Positions 46,965 to 55,087 of a stretch of 64,000 nt of DNA are shown here, piece after piece; position 1 is the first letter of the stretch, and each line of letters opens with the position of its first letter. The DNA is from a virus. Location of the stretch: the IMG/VR virus record IMGVR_UViG_3300048058_000013. One strand, given 5' to 3'. The notes below the pieces were generated by a model. That model made no database searches, was not told where the DNA came from, and saw only the letters and a program-made list of their open reading frames with translations. A program made the position numbers and the translations under genes.

Positions 46965-47519
46965 TTAACCTGGGAAGGAGAAGAAGCCCTTCCTGTTTGG
47001 TTGCTGGCCGTACTTCACACCCTTATATTCGATGTAGAAGATTTCCAGACCAGTAGACGCAGCTTCAAGGGCCGCCTTCAGTTCCATGACGTCCGTCATG
47101 TTACCAGAAGTCGGATCATCACCCCAGCCCTGTTCACCCTGCGGAGGTGTTTTTAGCTCTGTCTTTTCTCCGATGACAGTGCCACTGTGGATGACACCCT
47201 GAGTTGGAATCACTGGAGCGACGTTGCCTACTTCACCAACAGATCCCACACCAACCTCAACAAAACCGACGATCGTCAAGCGAGCAGGAACCTGTTGGAA
47301 TGGATGTGTAAATGCAACTGGCAACGCGATGTTAAAACCAGCATCATTCAGATCATCTTCAACAATTTGAGCCTTCTTTTCTAAGTCACGGATCATCTCA
47401 AACCGACGACCGAATCCGCGAGTAGGAACTACACGCGCAAACACAGTGAATGGTTCGTGCTTAGGCTCAGCTGGGCCGCTGAGAGAAGGACGCCTCGTTG
47501 AATGTGAGAGTAGTGTCAT
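46965..47519 (-). CDS. hypothetical virion protein (start reassigned to 47519)
   Basis: MTLLSHSTRR...; AAATATATAG motif just upstream; the longer ORF-track version overlaps the preceding gene out of frame. Confidence 0.6.
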   Translation of the reverse strand: MTLLSHSTRRPSLSGPAEPKHEPFTVFARVVPTRGFGRRFEMIRDLEKKAQIVEDDLNDAGFNIALPVAFTHPFQQVPARLTIVGFVEVGVGSVGEVGNVAPVIPTQGVIHSGTVIGEKTELKTPPQGEQGWGDDPTSGNMTDVMELKAALEAASTGLEIFYIEYKGVKYGQQPNRKGFFSFPG

Positions 47520-47529
47520 ACTATATATT

Positions 47530-48129
47530 TTACTGATCGCCCTTTGGTATGCGCATAGAGGGTGGCAGAACGTAAAAATGAGGCTCCTGCTCTTGACTAA
47601 AGCCAGCACCTTTACCTGTACCGTCCTTGTCACCCCCTTCACCTTGGCCTTTACCTTGATTATTACCTTGGCCGTCTCCTTCACCCTCACCTCTAAGAGC
47701 CTTTCCTCCCATAACAGGAATCCCCCGACGCAAAGCTCCCATTACTCCATTTAGTCTTTCATGAACTATCCGACTATACTTGATACGATGGACACGAACT
47801 TCCCCCGGTTTAGCATCATAAGTAAGAGTTTCGAAGACGGTTTTAGAATCTCCCTCAAAATGAGAAATCCATAGATAGATGGCCCCCTCTGTGCCAGCCT
47901 TCTTATCGGGCTCTTCAATAATTACCGCCCGTAAGAAGAATTTTTCCGGTAAATCTGCTATTGTAGGATATCCCATATACGACCCAAGGGAGACCCAAAC
48001 TGCAATACAGTAATAGCAACAACCAACTACGGTTAAAAGTTTAATCCACAATTTTCCCTTAGCGCCTATCAGGAGCCATAATACAAGAACAACAACAAGC
48101 AAGAAACCTAATGGAATAGCTAGGCTCAT
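47530..48129 (-). CDS. membrane protein, third gene of the MotA/ExbD-like triad
   Basis: Two N-terminal TM helices, soluble domain, Gly-rich flexible tail; 1-bp overlap with the upstream gene. Confidence 0.65.
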   Translation of the reverse strand: MSLAIPLGFLLVVVLVLWLLIGAKGKLWIKLLTVVGCCYYCIAVWVSLGSYMGYPTIADLPEKFFLRAVIIEEPDKKAGTEGAIYLWISHFEGDSKTVFETLTYDAKPGEVRVHRIKYSRIVHERLNGVMGALRRGIPVMGGKALRGEGEGDGQGNNQGKGQGEGGDKDGTGKGAGFSQEQEPHFYVLPPSMRIPKGDQ

Positions 48130-48740
48130 TATGACCCTTCCTGGTTTTGTGGACCAGTAAATCTCTTCTCAAGACGATTAAACCCAACCACATCGCCGTC
48201 CTTGTTGAGTATAAACCTGAAAGCTGTCACTTCATCTCCATTAAATTGTAAAGTGACCTCTTGTGTCTTTAAAGTGGAGTAAGTTGGATTAATTTTATCA
48301 AGTTTGATAGTAACAGGTACAGGGTCAGTATCATTACGATGATACATATGGACATTGACAATATATTCCCCAGGAACAATACCACGAACTATTACTATCT
48401 CTTGATTTGCGTCGTACTTGACATTGCCATCTGGTGTATTAGTAACATCATTACGATGCCCCAAATCATCACGATCAAGATGTAATAGACCATTCTCTCG
48501 GCGACTGAAATAAACAAAATTTCCTACTGGATCAGAGACATAAGTGTCGACATCATCATTAAACTTAGCTGGCCACGTTACAACGATGAAAAATTCAGCT
48601 TTTGGTTTTGGTGCATCATGAGATTCAACCTTTGCCGGATTTATTTGGATTACAGCCAAAATGAATAATACAACGAAACCCAATCCCATCAGCAACAGGA
48701 TATCAAACCAACCCTGATTTGTGTGATAACGATACTTCAC
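48129..48740 (-). CDS. MotB/ExbD-like single-TM protein with extracytoplasmic YfaP/DUF2135-like domain
   Basis: N-terminal GWFDILLLMGLGFVVLFILAVI (TM with the conserved Asp); DDVDTYVSDP.GN.VYF...LHLDRDD.G...E.....PGEY.VNVHMY. Confidence 0.6.
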   Translation of the reverse strand: MKYRYHTNQGWFDILLLMGLGFVVLFILAVIQINPAKVESHDAPKPKAEFFIVVTWPAKFNDDVDTYVSDPVGNFVYFSRRENGLLHLDRDDLGHRNDVTNTPDGNVKYDANQEIVIVRGIVPGEYIVNVHMYHRNDTDPVPVTIKLDKINPTYSTLKTQEVTLQFNGDEVTAFRFILNKDGDVVGFNRLEKRFTGPQNQEGS

Positions 48741-49249
48741 TTCTTCTTTCTAGGTAATGGTGCCTTAGGCATCGGATTGGATTTGGCATGTACTTGTTCT
48801 TCTTGCTTAGCATCTAATGCATTCGTAAGATTAAACAATTGGAGTTTCAATAATGCAGAACTAACTAAGCCCATCAATGTTGTATACAACGCCGTACCAA
48901 GACCATCACCGATCTTATTCATCAACTCCTTAGCATTATTGGCATCGTAATTATTAAAACCACTTCCTAAGATCATAATGAAGCCAACGACGGTGCCAAT
49001 CATACCGATTGTCAGAACTTGATCACTGACGAGCCAACCGAAATTTAGACCCGTTTTGTCCATCTTATAGGTGAGACGACCAATCCACATGGTCATCGCA
49101 GCCAATATGGCCATGATCACGAATCCAAGGTAGGACTTATCCGCATTCTGGAGTTCATGAAAGAAGCCATATTGATGTGCGAAGAATACACCCACTGAAG
49201 CTGGAACAACGACGAGCCACCACCGTAGAAATGGTGCATGATTTCTCAT
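48737..49249 (-). CDS. MotA/TolQ/ExbB proton-channel family protein
   Basis: LTIGMIGTVVGFIMIL...IGDGLGTALYTTLMGL signature; 4 hydrophobic segments; start reassigned to 49249 (MRNHAPFL). Confidence 0.8.
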   Translation of the reverse strand: MRNHAPFLRWWLVVVPASVGVFFAHQYGFFHELQNADKSYLGFVIMAILAAMTMWIGRLTYKMDKTGLNFGWLVSDQVLTIGMIGTVVGFIMILGSGFNNYDANNAKELMNKIGDGLGTALYTTLMGLVSSALLKLQLFNLTNALDAKQEEQVHAKSNPMPKAPLPRKKK

Positions 49250-49251
49250 AC

Positions 49252-50022
49252 TTATACCTTTGAATACTTGGGGGCCCATTCCCCAGCACCATTCTGCACG
49301 AAGTCGGCGAAAATATTTGGCCACTTCTGCTTTGCAATACGTGCTACCTTATCAAATACTAAATGGATCTCCGACTCGGCCCCCGCCGCTGTACGCATTT
49401 CAATGATATGACGAAGAGATCTAAAATTGAATGAGGCACCGATACATGTGGATAATCCTATAGGTGCTGCACGCCTCATGGCAGATGTGATAATTTTCTT
49501 GAAATGAAAATTCTTAGTATTATCAAGATCGTAAACTTTAGCTAGATGCAATTGTAGTTGTTCAAGATCTTCGAATGTCTTTTCAAATAGAGCAGTAATC
49601 TTAGGATCATTAATCTCTTCGGGTAACCATAATCCAAGATCAGTTAACCTGACATATCGGAGAGATTCCTGACTGTAGGCGGCCCCAGCCCGATGCCGAA
49701 CGAGTTCGTGTGTGAAAACTCGGCTTACATCAGCGAAGATCCAATTCGTGACAGCATGCTCAGTAACCGAACCGTGTTTACTTTTAAGAATGTTATTAAG
49801 GTAGACATCATTGCCCTCACGAACCTTAGTGACATTAGCGTTCATTCCAGGAAACCATGAACGATAACACATCCGCCCGTACGCTTCCGTTAATTTTTCA
49901 CCGCCAGATGGTGCGTCTGTCTTCCACCCCTCTGCACCTGCGTGTTTTAGATAAGCTTGAAAACCTTCTTCATCAACTTGGGTTTGACCTACTAAGAAAA
50001 CCTGGGGCTCTGTCCTATGCAT
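49252..50022 (-). CDS. thyX: flavin-dependent thymidylate synthase
   Basis: H.SV.EH, SRVFTHELVRHR.G.AYSQESLRYV (RHRx7SxR), NFRSLRH.IEMR....E.EI. Confidence 0.96.
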   Translation of the reverse strand: MHRTEPQVFLVGQTQVDEEGFQAYLKHAGAEGWKTDAPSGGEKLTEAYGRMCYRSWFPGMNANVTKVREGNDVYLNNILKSKHGSVTEHAVTNWIFADVSRVFTHELVRHRAGAAYSQESLRYVRLTDLGLWLPEEINDPKITALFEKTFEDLEQLQLHLAKVYDLDNTKNFHFKKIITSAMRRAAPIGLSTCIGASFNFRSLRHIIEMRTAAGAESEIHLVFDKVARIAKQKWPNIFADFVQNGAGEWAPKYSKV

Positions 50023-50053
50023 CTAGACCTCTCACAATAGCACTAAACTTAGC

Positions 50054-50072
50054 TACTGCCCGGATATGAAAA
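50054..50072 (-). promoter_or_regulatory. conserved 19-bp motif, copy 2 (TTTTCATATCCGGGCAGTA)
   Basis: Identical to 3257-3275; upstream of thyX. Confidence 0.55.
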
Positions 50073-50098
50073 GAGCCAGGAGTGTTACCTCCTGGCTC
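50069..50098 (-). terminator. Rho-independent terminator after ORF 50122..50523
   Basis: Minus-strand GAGCCAGGAG-GUAACA-CUCCUGGCUC-UUUU, perfect 10-bp stem. Confidence 0.88.
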
Positions 50099-50121
50099 TC
50101 TGTTGTTGTTAACCGTTAAGG

Positions 50122-50523
50122 TTAGACGTCGCGGAGCTCCTGATGGAGGTCGTCCGTCAGGTTGCCCGAGGTCTTCCTCAAGAAAGCATCGCGTCCGATG
50201 CGGATTGGGAACTGGAGATCCGACATTCCCTCTGCCGCGTCCTCGAACGTTGTTACGGTCTTCAGGAACCTAACTACTGGGAGACCGGTCTTCTGCTCGT
50301 CCACCGAAGTGGTTACGAGAGTCGAACCGTCACGCGTTGCGTCGATCAGAGTCTCATCAACACGTGCATCCGAGCTGTCCTGTCCGCCTGGGATGGACAT
50401 GACGAGTGGACGTAGACCTGGGAATCCGACTAGAGACAGAACTGCCTCATGCCGTAGATCCTGGCGATACGCACGCACTTCACGCTCAACAGCGATCGTA
50501 GTGTTTGCTGGCTGACTGGCCAT
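50122..50523 (-). CDS. hypothetical protein, probably highly expressed (possible virion/decoration protein)
   Basis: Strong SD (AAGGGGGTG), structured leader, own terminator; codon usage visibly resembles the capsid gene. Confidence 0.6.
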   Translation of the reverse strand: MASQPANTTIAVEREVRAYRQDLRHEAVLSLVGFPGLRPLVMSIPGGQDSSDARVDETLIDATRDGSTLVTTSVDEQKTGLPVVRFLKTVTTFEDAAEGMSDLQFPIRIGRDAFLRKTSGNLTDDLHQELRDV

Positions 50524-50627
50524 TAGTGAACACCCCCTTATGGGCCGAAAAAGGCCTTGTTAAACTTCGTGCTGCCTTCTTGAACCGCAGTTCAATGCCC
50601 ACAACAGGTGAGCAGAGGCAACATCTC

Positions 50628-51092
50628 TTACGTAGTAAATTTGCCTACATAATAGTAGAATGTAGGTATGAATATAATATTCAATTCCTCAGCGATTGAT
50701 ATTCGATGATTGCCATTCTGAAGCTTAGGAAGGCCTTTTTCAGAAATACGAACAATTGCTGGAAATTGGATTGACCAACCTTTGGCTTTTATAGACGCGT
50801 GTAGTGCATCCCATTTTGATATACCATCCAACCAGTCTTCTTGCTTCTGTTCAGCCCATAACTTCATCTCAGCATAGCCGCTCAATGATCTGCCTCGCCG
50901 ACGGCGGCGGCCTTTACGATATTTCTTAAGATCGTTAATTGGAGTTAAATAGATGAAATTAGTATCAATTACGATTTGGTGTTCTTTCCAGTCGCGATCA
51001 AGGTCGATTATTAGTTTAGGGATTTGTTTTGTTCTTAAAGGACCTGGATATTCCTTTAAAAAATTCTCAAATCTCTCAACGCCCCTACCCAT
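50628..51092 (-). CDS. ParB/sulfiredoxin-like domain protein
   Basis: LHASIKAKGW...PAIVR.......LQNGNHRISIAEELN...IP. Confidence 0.7.
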   Translation of the reverse strand: MGRGVERFENFLKEYPGPLRTKQIPKLIIDLDRDWKEHQIVIDTNFIYLTPINDLKKYRKGRRRRRGRSLSGYAEMKLWAEQKQEDWLDGISKWDALHASIKAKGWSIQFPAIVRISEKGLPKLQNGNHRISIAEELNIIFIPTFYYYVGKFTT

Positions 51093-51624
51093 TCTTCTTA
51101 TAGATTCTTGCTAACCTATCTTGTTCTTTAAAAACAAGATTATAAGACGAATAAACATCAGTATCCTCAAATGGATGTTGATATCCTGAGATTACAAGGC
51201 CCCCTCCATTTTTAACCATATCCGAAAGAGCAGTAATTTGTTGATTGAATAACTTAAACGGATAAAGTTTATCGCGATTCTTATCATTCATCCTCAACAC
51301 GTTTAGTGCGAATACAATGTCGAATGGACCATAATTTGGGAGCGTATCATGTCGTGAAATGATGAATTCAATTTGATGATCTTTATTCTCTTGACGAGCT
51401 ACTGCTATTGCTTTTTCATTGATATCAGCACCCAAAATACGACAATCAGGATGATATTTTCTCAGACTGTGACATTCATCCCCAAAACTACAACCAAAGC
51501 AGAGAATATAAGGATTATCCCATATCTCAGCAGTCTTCTTAAACATCTCTGGATATCGATCGGGACGTCTACCGGAACGTTCGCGTATTTTGATATCGAG
51601 AGGTTTATTGCCATTTGTCGGCAT
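51085..51624 (-). CDS. class I SAM-dependent methyltransferase
   Basis: ILCFGCSFGDE (motif I), ILGADIN, FDIVFALNVL, GGLVI. Confidence 0.8.
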   Translation of the reverse strand: MPTNGNKPLDIKIRERSGRRPDRYPEMFKKTAEIWDNPYILCFGCSFGDECHSLRKYHPDCRILGADINEKAIAVARQENKDHQIEFIISRHDTLPNYGPFDIVFALNVLRMNDKNRDKLYPFKLFNQQITALSDMVKNGGGLVISGYQHPFEDTDVYSSYNLVFKEQDRLARIYKKNG

Positions 51625-52279
51625 AATTTTTGAGGTCCGTTTGTATTAATTCCCTCTTCTTACGAAAAGGCGTTCCAAGATAGTGACAGAAAAGAGCATC
51701 ACGCATTCCTTCATGGCGATAACGCTTAGGACAATAGTTGTATTTCCTATCATCTAGATATTTCACGACAATCCCAGATTCAACAATCAGGTAATTCATA
51801 TAAGCCTGTTCATAATCAGGTCCGCTAAACGGTGTCCTACGACCATGAAGCCATAATAACGCCTGAATGTCCTTATTCCGTAGACTCATTAGACCATCAT
51901 TAAAGTAAACATCAGATGGCCATGTTATACCAGTCTGCTTTTCAATCACTCGAATGCATTTCTCCCTATAGCGCTGATTTTGTTTACTCCCCTGCCATCT
52001 AAAATTAGAAAGCGATGTCATCCCACTCAAATCTGGAGCATGCTTATCAACTAGAATGTCAATGTCAATATAAATGATGTTCTCAAATTTCTTCTCGATA
52101 GCATCTTCGAAAATCTTAAATTTCAAAAAATGGACAGATGGAAAGGGAGAGTAATTAGGATCATTATACTCCACAAATTGTAAATTATGTCTATCGGCAT
52201 AAGCCCGGATTAGAGGGATGGTTAGATTACCTATAGCCTGACTTTCTTCACCAACATTTAATACATAAACAGCGTTCAT
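51605..52279 (-). CDS. GT-A fold glycosyltransferase-like protein
   Basis: FLKFKIF, IIYIDIDILV (DxD), YFNDGLM, EQAYMNYL, FCHYLG. Confidence 0.75.
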   Translation of the reverse strand: MNAVYVLNVGEESQAIGNLTIPLIRAYADRHNLQFVEYNDPNYSPFPSVHFLKFKIFEDAIEKKFENIIYIDIDILVDKHAPDLSGMTSLSNFRWQGSKQNQRYREKCIRVIEKQTGITWPSDVYFNDGLMSLRNKDIQALLWLHGRRTPFSGPDYEQAYMNYLIVESGIVVKYLDDRKYNYCPKRYRHEGMRDALFCHYLGTPFRKKRELIQTDLKNYADKWQ

Positions 52280-53220
52280 TGCTTCCTCGCCCTTGTTCTT
52301 TTTTCTTGTCTTGCTTTCCGTCTCTTCTCTAAACGATTCTTCTTCCAGTTAAGACCTTCACATGGGATAATAGTGTTAGCATAAGTCTTGTCACACCATT
52401 GTTTATATTGCTCTTCATACATGATACTACGAAGATAGGTATCATTACCCAAACCCATAAAATTCTTCTTTATGGCTTCTTCAGCTGCTTGCCACCATAT
52501 GGCGTAATCAGGATGAGAATGCCACATAATAACAGCATCAAATTGTTCTTGAGTTAAACGCCAATAGGATCTAACCCTTCTCATAACAGGATTTTTAAAA
52601 GTCGCGACGTGAGCTTTTCTCCCATTTTTCATTAAGACATAGCTCATTGCTCGTTGATCATCTTTAACAAGTGTACAAAGATTAGCTACTGCTGCACAAT
52701 AAGGCCATCTATTTCTCCAACCCAATAAACCAAATTCAATATAATATGGAGTTATATTAACATCGAACTTAGGATCTACTTTACGATAATCCTCTACATG
52801 GATCTTCCACTGATTCAAATCACTACGGGTATTGAGACCAATAACTGATTCACCATCAACTACACTATGGAATGTGGTCATCCATCCTGGTGTCTTGTGA
52901 ATAGCATCAAATAGTTTGTCTATTTTGTTAACAAAAACTGTATCACAATCAGGATGTAAGACTCTAGTATAATTAATTTGTCCCATACCTGCCCAACGAG
53001 AACGCCAATGTTGTCGGAGCCTGTGATCTTTTCCACTACCAGGGACTATTTTAATAGTGGCAATCTTGCTATTAATGAATTCATTAAGATATGGAACAGA
53101 AGTTTTACCTAGACAAACAACGATTTCACCATCATAAAACCTTCTGAGGGTGTAAATCGATACAAGTAATTCTATAAGTGGCTTCTTACCACCACAATAG
53201 TAGACAACTGCATCGCTCAT
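52276..53220 (-). CDS. GT-A fold glycosyltransferase-like protein
   Basis: LLVSIYTLRRFY, LHPDCDTVF (DxD), EFG..G, DDQRAM, WH. Confidence 0.6.
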   Translation of the reverse strand: MSDAVVYYCGGKKPLIELLVSIYTLRRFYDGEIVVCLGKTSVPYLNEFINSKIATIKIVPGSGKDHRLRQHWRSRWAGMGQINYTRVLHPDCDTVFVNKIDKLFDAIHKTPGWMTTFHSVVDGESVIGLNTRSDLNQWKIHVEDYRKVDPKFDVNITPYYIEFGLLGWRNRWPYCAAVANLCTLVKDDQRAMSYVLMKNGRKAHVATFKNPVMRRVRSYWRLTQEQFDAVIMWHSHPDYAIWWQAAEEAIKKNFMGLGNDTYLRSIMYEEQYKQWCDKTYANTIIPCEGLNWKKNRLEKRRKARQEKRTRARKQ

Positions 53221-53223
53221 TTC

Positions 53224-53436
53224 TCATCCTAGAATTACTCGGTTCGTAGCTTGACGAATGATATCTTCGGCGGCCTTTTTCTGTAAGCCTTCTACGATAC
53301 CAATCCACTTACCAGATTCTCTGATTTCTATCCGCTGTAATCCCGTCAGGGGACTCTGGCCAGACATCGGGACTACACGAACATTAGAAGATCCAGCAAT
53401 CTTGATCCGCTGAACCGCTTCACTTAAGTTTAACAT
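53224..53436 (-). CDS. hypothetical protein
   Basis: 70 aa, coupled within the operon. Confidence 0.55.
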   Translation of the reverse strand: MLNLSEAVQRIKIAGSSNVRVVPMSGQSPLTGLQRIEIRESGKWIGIVEGLQKKAAEDIIRQATNRVILG

Positions 53437-53828
53437 TTTCTACGCTCTCTAATATGTATTGATTCAACCCATTGTATCTCGCGCACAGTCTCACCACGCC
53501 CCAATTTATTTGGTGTTGCGATAACAACTGCCGCCTCTGGTTCGCTTAATGGAGCTAACAACAATTTAGCCGCAATATCGTCGTCTTTGGTTTCTACTTC
53601 TATAACGAGCTCATCGTTAAAAAGACGAATATCCGTCACATGATGAGTAACAGTATTATCAATAAGTTTATTGTTGCTCAATACGCCCCCAATTAATTTG
53701 CCTTCTTTGATAGATTGTTTAAGTTTAGGATTATTTACTAAACTCTCTAAAACCTCACGGGGGTATATGTTACCATCTAGAGTAGGAAAATCGGCACATA
53801 TTCCTGTGCCTAGCACCATTTGCGTCAT
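53430..53828 (-). CDS. truncated prohead-protease (gp21) paralog, probably inactive
   Basis: TLDGNIYPREVL..GKLIG...VTHHVTDIRL.NDELVIEVE aligns with gp21 NSNGRIYENEIL..RRVLG...VSHLLTKLW.EGNEVIGELE; no SSRG. Confidence 0.55.
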   Translation of the reverse strand: MTQMVLGTGICADFPTLDGNIYPREVLESLVNNPKLKQSIKEGKLIGGVLSNNKLIDNTVTHHVTDIRLFNDELVIEVETKDDDIAAKLLLAPLSEPEAAVVIATPNKLGRGETVREIQWVESIHIRERRKC

Positions 53829-55072
53829 AGACTAGAAATATCTTTCCTGTCGAGGAAGACACTATCATCTATAGTCTTCCATGTCCCAATAAAGATTCCA
53901 CTCAGATTGATATTATGAAGAGCACAGAATTCCTTAACATCATCTGCTAGAATATAGTCCTTCAGCCAAGCTATGACACGCGGTGTCAATACTTCGTCTT
54001 TGGTGCGCTTTCCTTTTACACTACTATCGACATAATTCATGAAGTTGACGCTGATATAAACATCATCTCCAGTATTGTTAAATCTCAATGCCTCCTTCAT
54101 GTTTTGTTTACTGAAAGTGAAGATCCGTCGCGGAAGCTTAGTAAGACTTGTACACTCGAAGATAGGCTCCCCGGCATAATCAGAGATTTCTTCCCAAGTC
54201 AACTCACGCTGATCATCATAAAATCCACCAGAATCACCGCGTATTATATGACGATCGGAGGGCGGAGTGGTATTGAATTCATCCCAAGTTAGAATCTTGC
54301 GATCTGATTTACGGACATATTTGTTGTTATTAACTCGTATCGGAAATGTCCGGAAATTGATCACTACCGGGCCCACAACTGACGGAGGCAACAGTGCGTC
54401 ATCCAAAAAAGCGGAAACCGTGCAGTTGCGGCTAGTAGTCTTAGGCCAGAATTTGGTGAACAGCCCTAGCTGATAGCCTTGTGCTATTTCACCGAGTCCG
54501 CACTCCCCAGAATCAAGTCGACTCATTATCTCAATATTCGTATCGCAAAGGAATGGCCGAAGCGCATCTACATCTCGAGCCAATCGAGCGTCTGGGCGAC
54601 GAAGAACACGTCTAGCTCTTGCGGCACCTACACCATGTAGAGTAGAGCCAATATTTAAATTAGAACTACCGAGCTCCTCCTTGGGACGCCCCTCAAAATC
54701 AACACGACCACATTCGTAATCTAAATCAGTCTGTGTCACAATTGCTGCATTAGGATGGATAGCCAATTTAGAGGGGCCAACCTTAAATTGTGTAATCTCA
54801 CCTAGGATCTCTCTTTCAGAAAAAGCGCAGCCTGGGCTAATGTATTGCTTCTGATAATCATCTAAAGTCGTAATACTAGAAAGACATTGGTGCACGTATT
54901 CACGCCCATCGCCATGGGTAATAGTATGCGCAGCATTACTCATGAACGTATTCACAGCAAATGTTGCTTCGCCGCGCATATACTTCCAAATATGGGCCCC
55001 TCGAAGCCCCTTAGCGCTGCTACCAGCGCCGCCATCCATAACTATAGTGACCTTCCCCGGCTTAAAGATCAT
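53825..55072 (-). CDS. purZ: N6-succino-2-amino-2'-deoxyadenylate synthase (PurZ-type adenylosuccinate synthetase homolog)
   Basis: GAGSSAKG (Ser in place of PurA Asp13), NAAHT, GSTLHGVG, EIAQG, RTFPIRV.N, TKLPRRIFTFS, NFMNY (NxxN in place of the PurA GTP-binding KxD). Confidence 0.85.
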   Translation of the reverse strand: MIFKPGKVTIVMDGGAGSSAKGLRGAHIWKYMRGEATFAVNTFMSNAAHTITHGDGREYVHQCLSSITTLDDYQKQYISPGCAFSEREILGEITQFKVGPSKLAIHPNAAIVTQTDLDYECGRVDFEGRPKEELGSSNLNIGSTLHGVGAARARRVLRRPDARLARDVDALRPFLCDTNIEIMSRLDSGECGLGEIAQGYQLGLFTKFWPKTTSRNCTVSAFLDDALLPPSVVGPVVINFRTFPIRVNNNKYVRKSDRKILTWDEFNTTPPSDRHIIRGDSGGFYDDQRELTWEEISDYAGEPIFECTSLTKLPRRIFTFSKQNMKEALRFNNTGDDVYISVNFMNYVDSSVKGKRTKDEVLTPRVIAWLKDYILADDVKEFCALHNINLSGIFIGTWKTIDDSVFLDRKDISSL

Positions 55073-55087
55073 AGGTTCCCTCGCTTT

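Noticed and set aside
47520-47690. ORF-track N-terminal extension of ORF 46965..47690
   Set aside because: It is an out-of-frame overlap with the Gly-rich tail of the upstream gene; ATG at 47519 with an upstream AT motif is the better start.
47530-49249. Calling the triad a Zorya anti-phage system
   Set aside because: The MotA-like protein has no long ZorA tail, the partner lacks an OmpA domain, and no ZorC/D/E is nearby.
53825-55072. Ordinary PurA as an auxiliary metabolic gene
   Set aside because: It lacks GDEGKG Asp and the KxD GTP loop; residues match the PurZ pattern instead. A PurZ0-like intermediate is less likely given NFMNY but needs a phylogeny.
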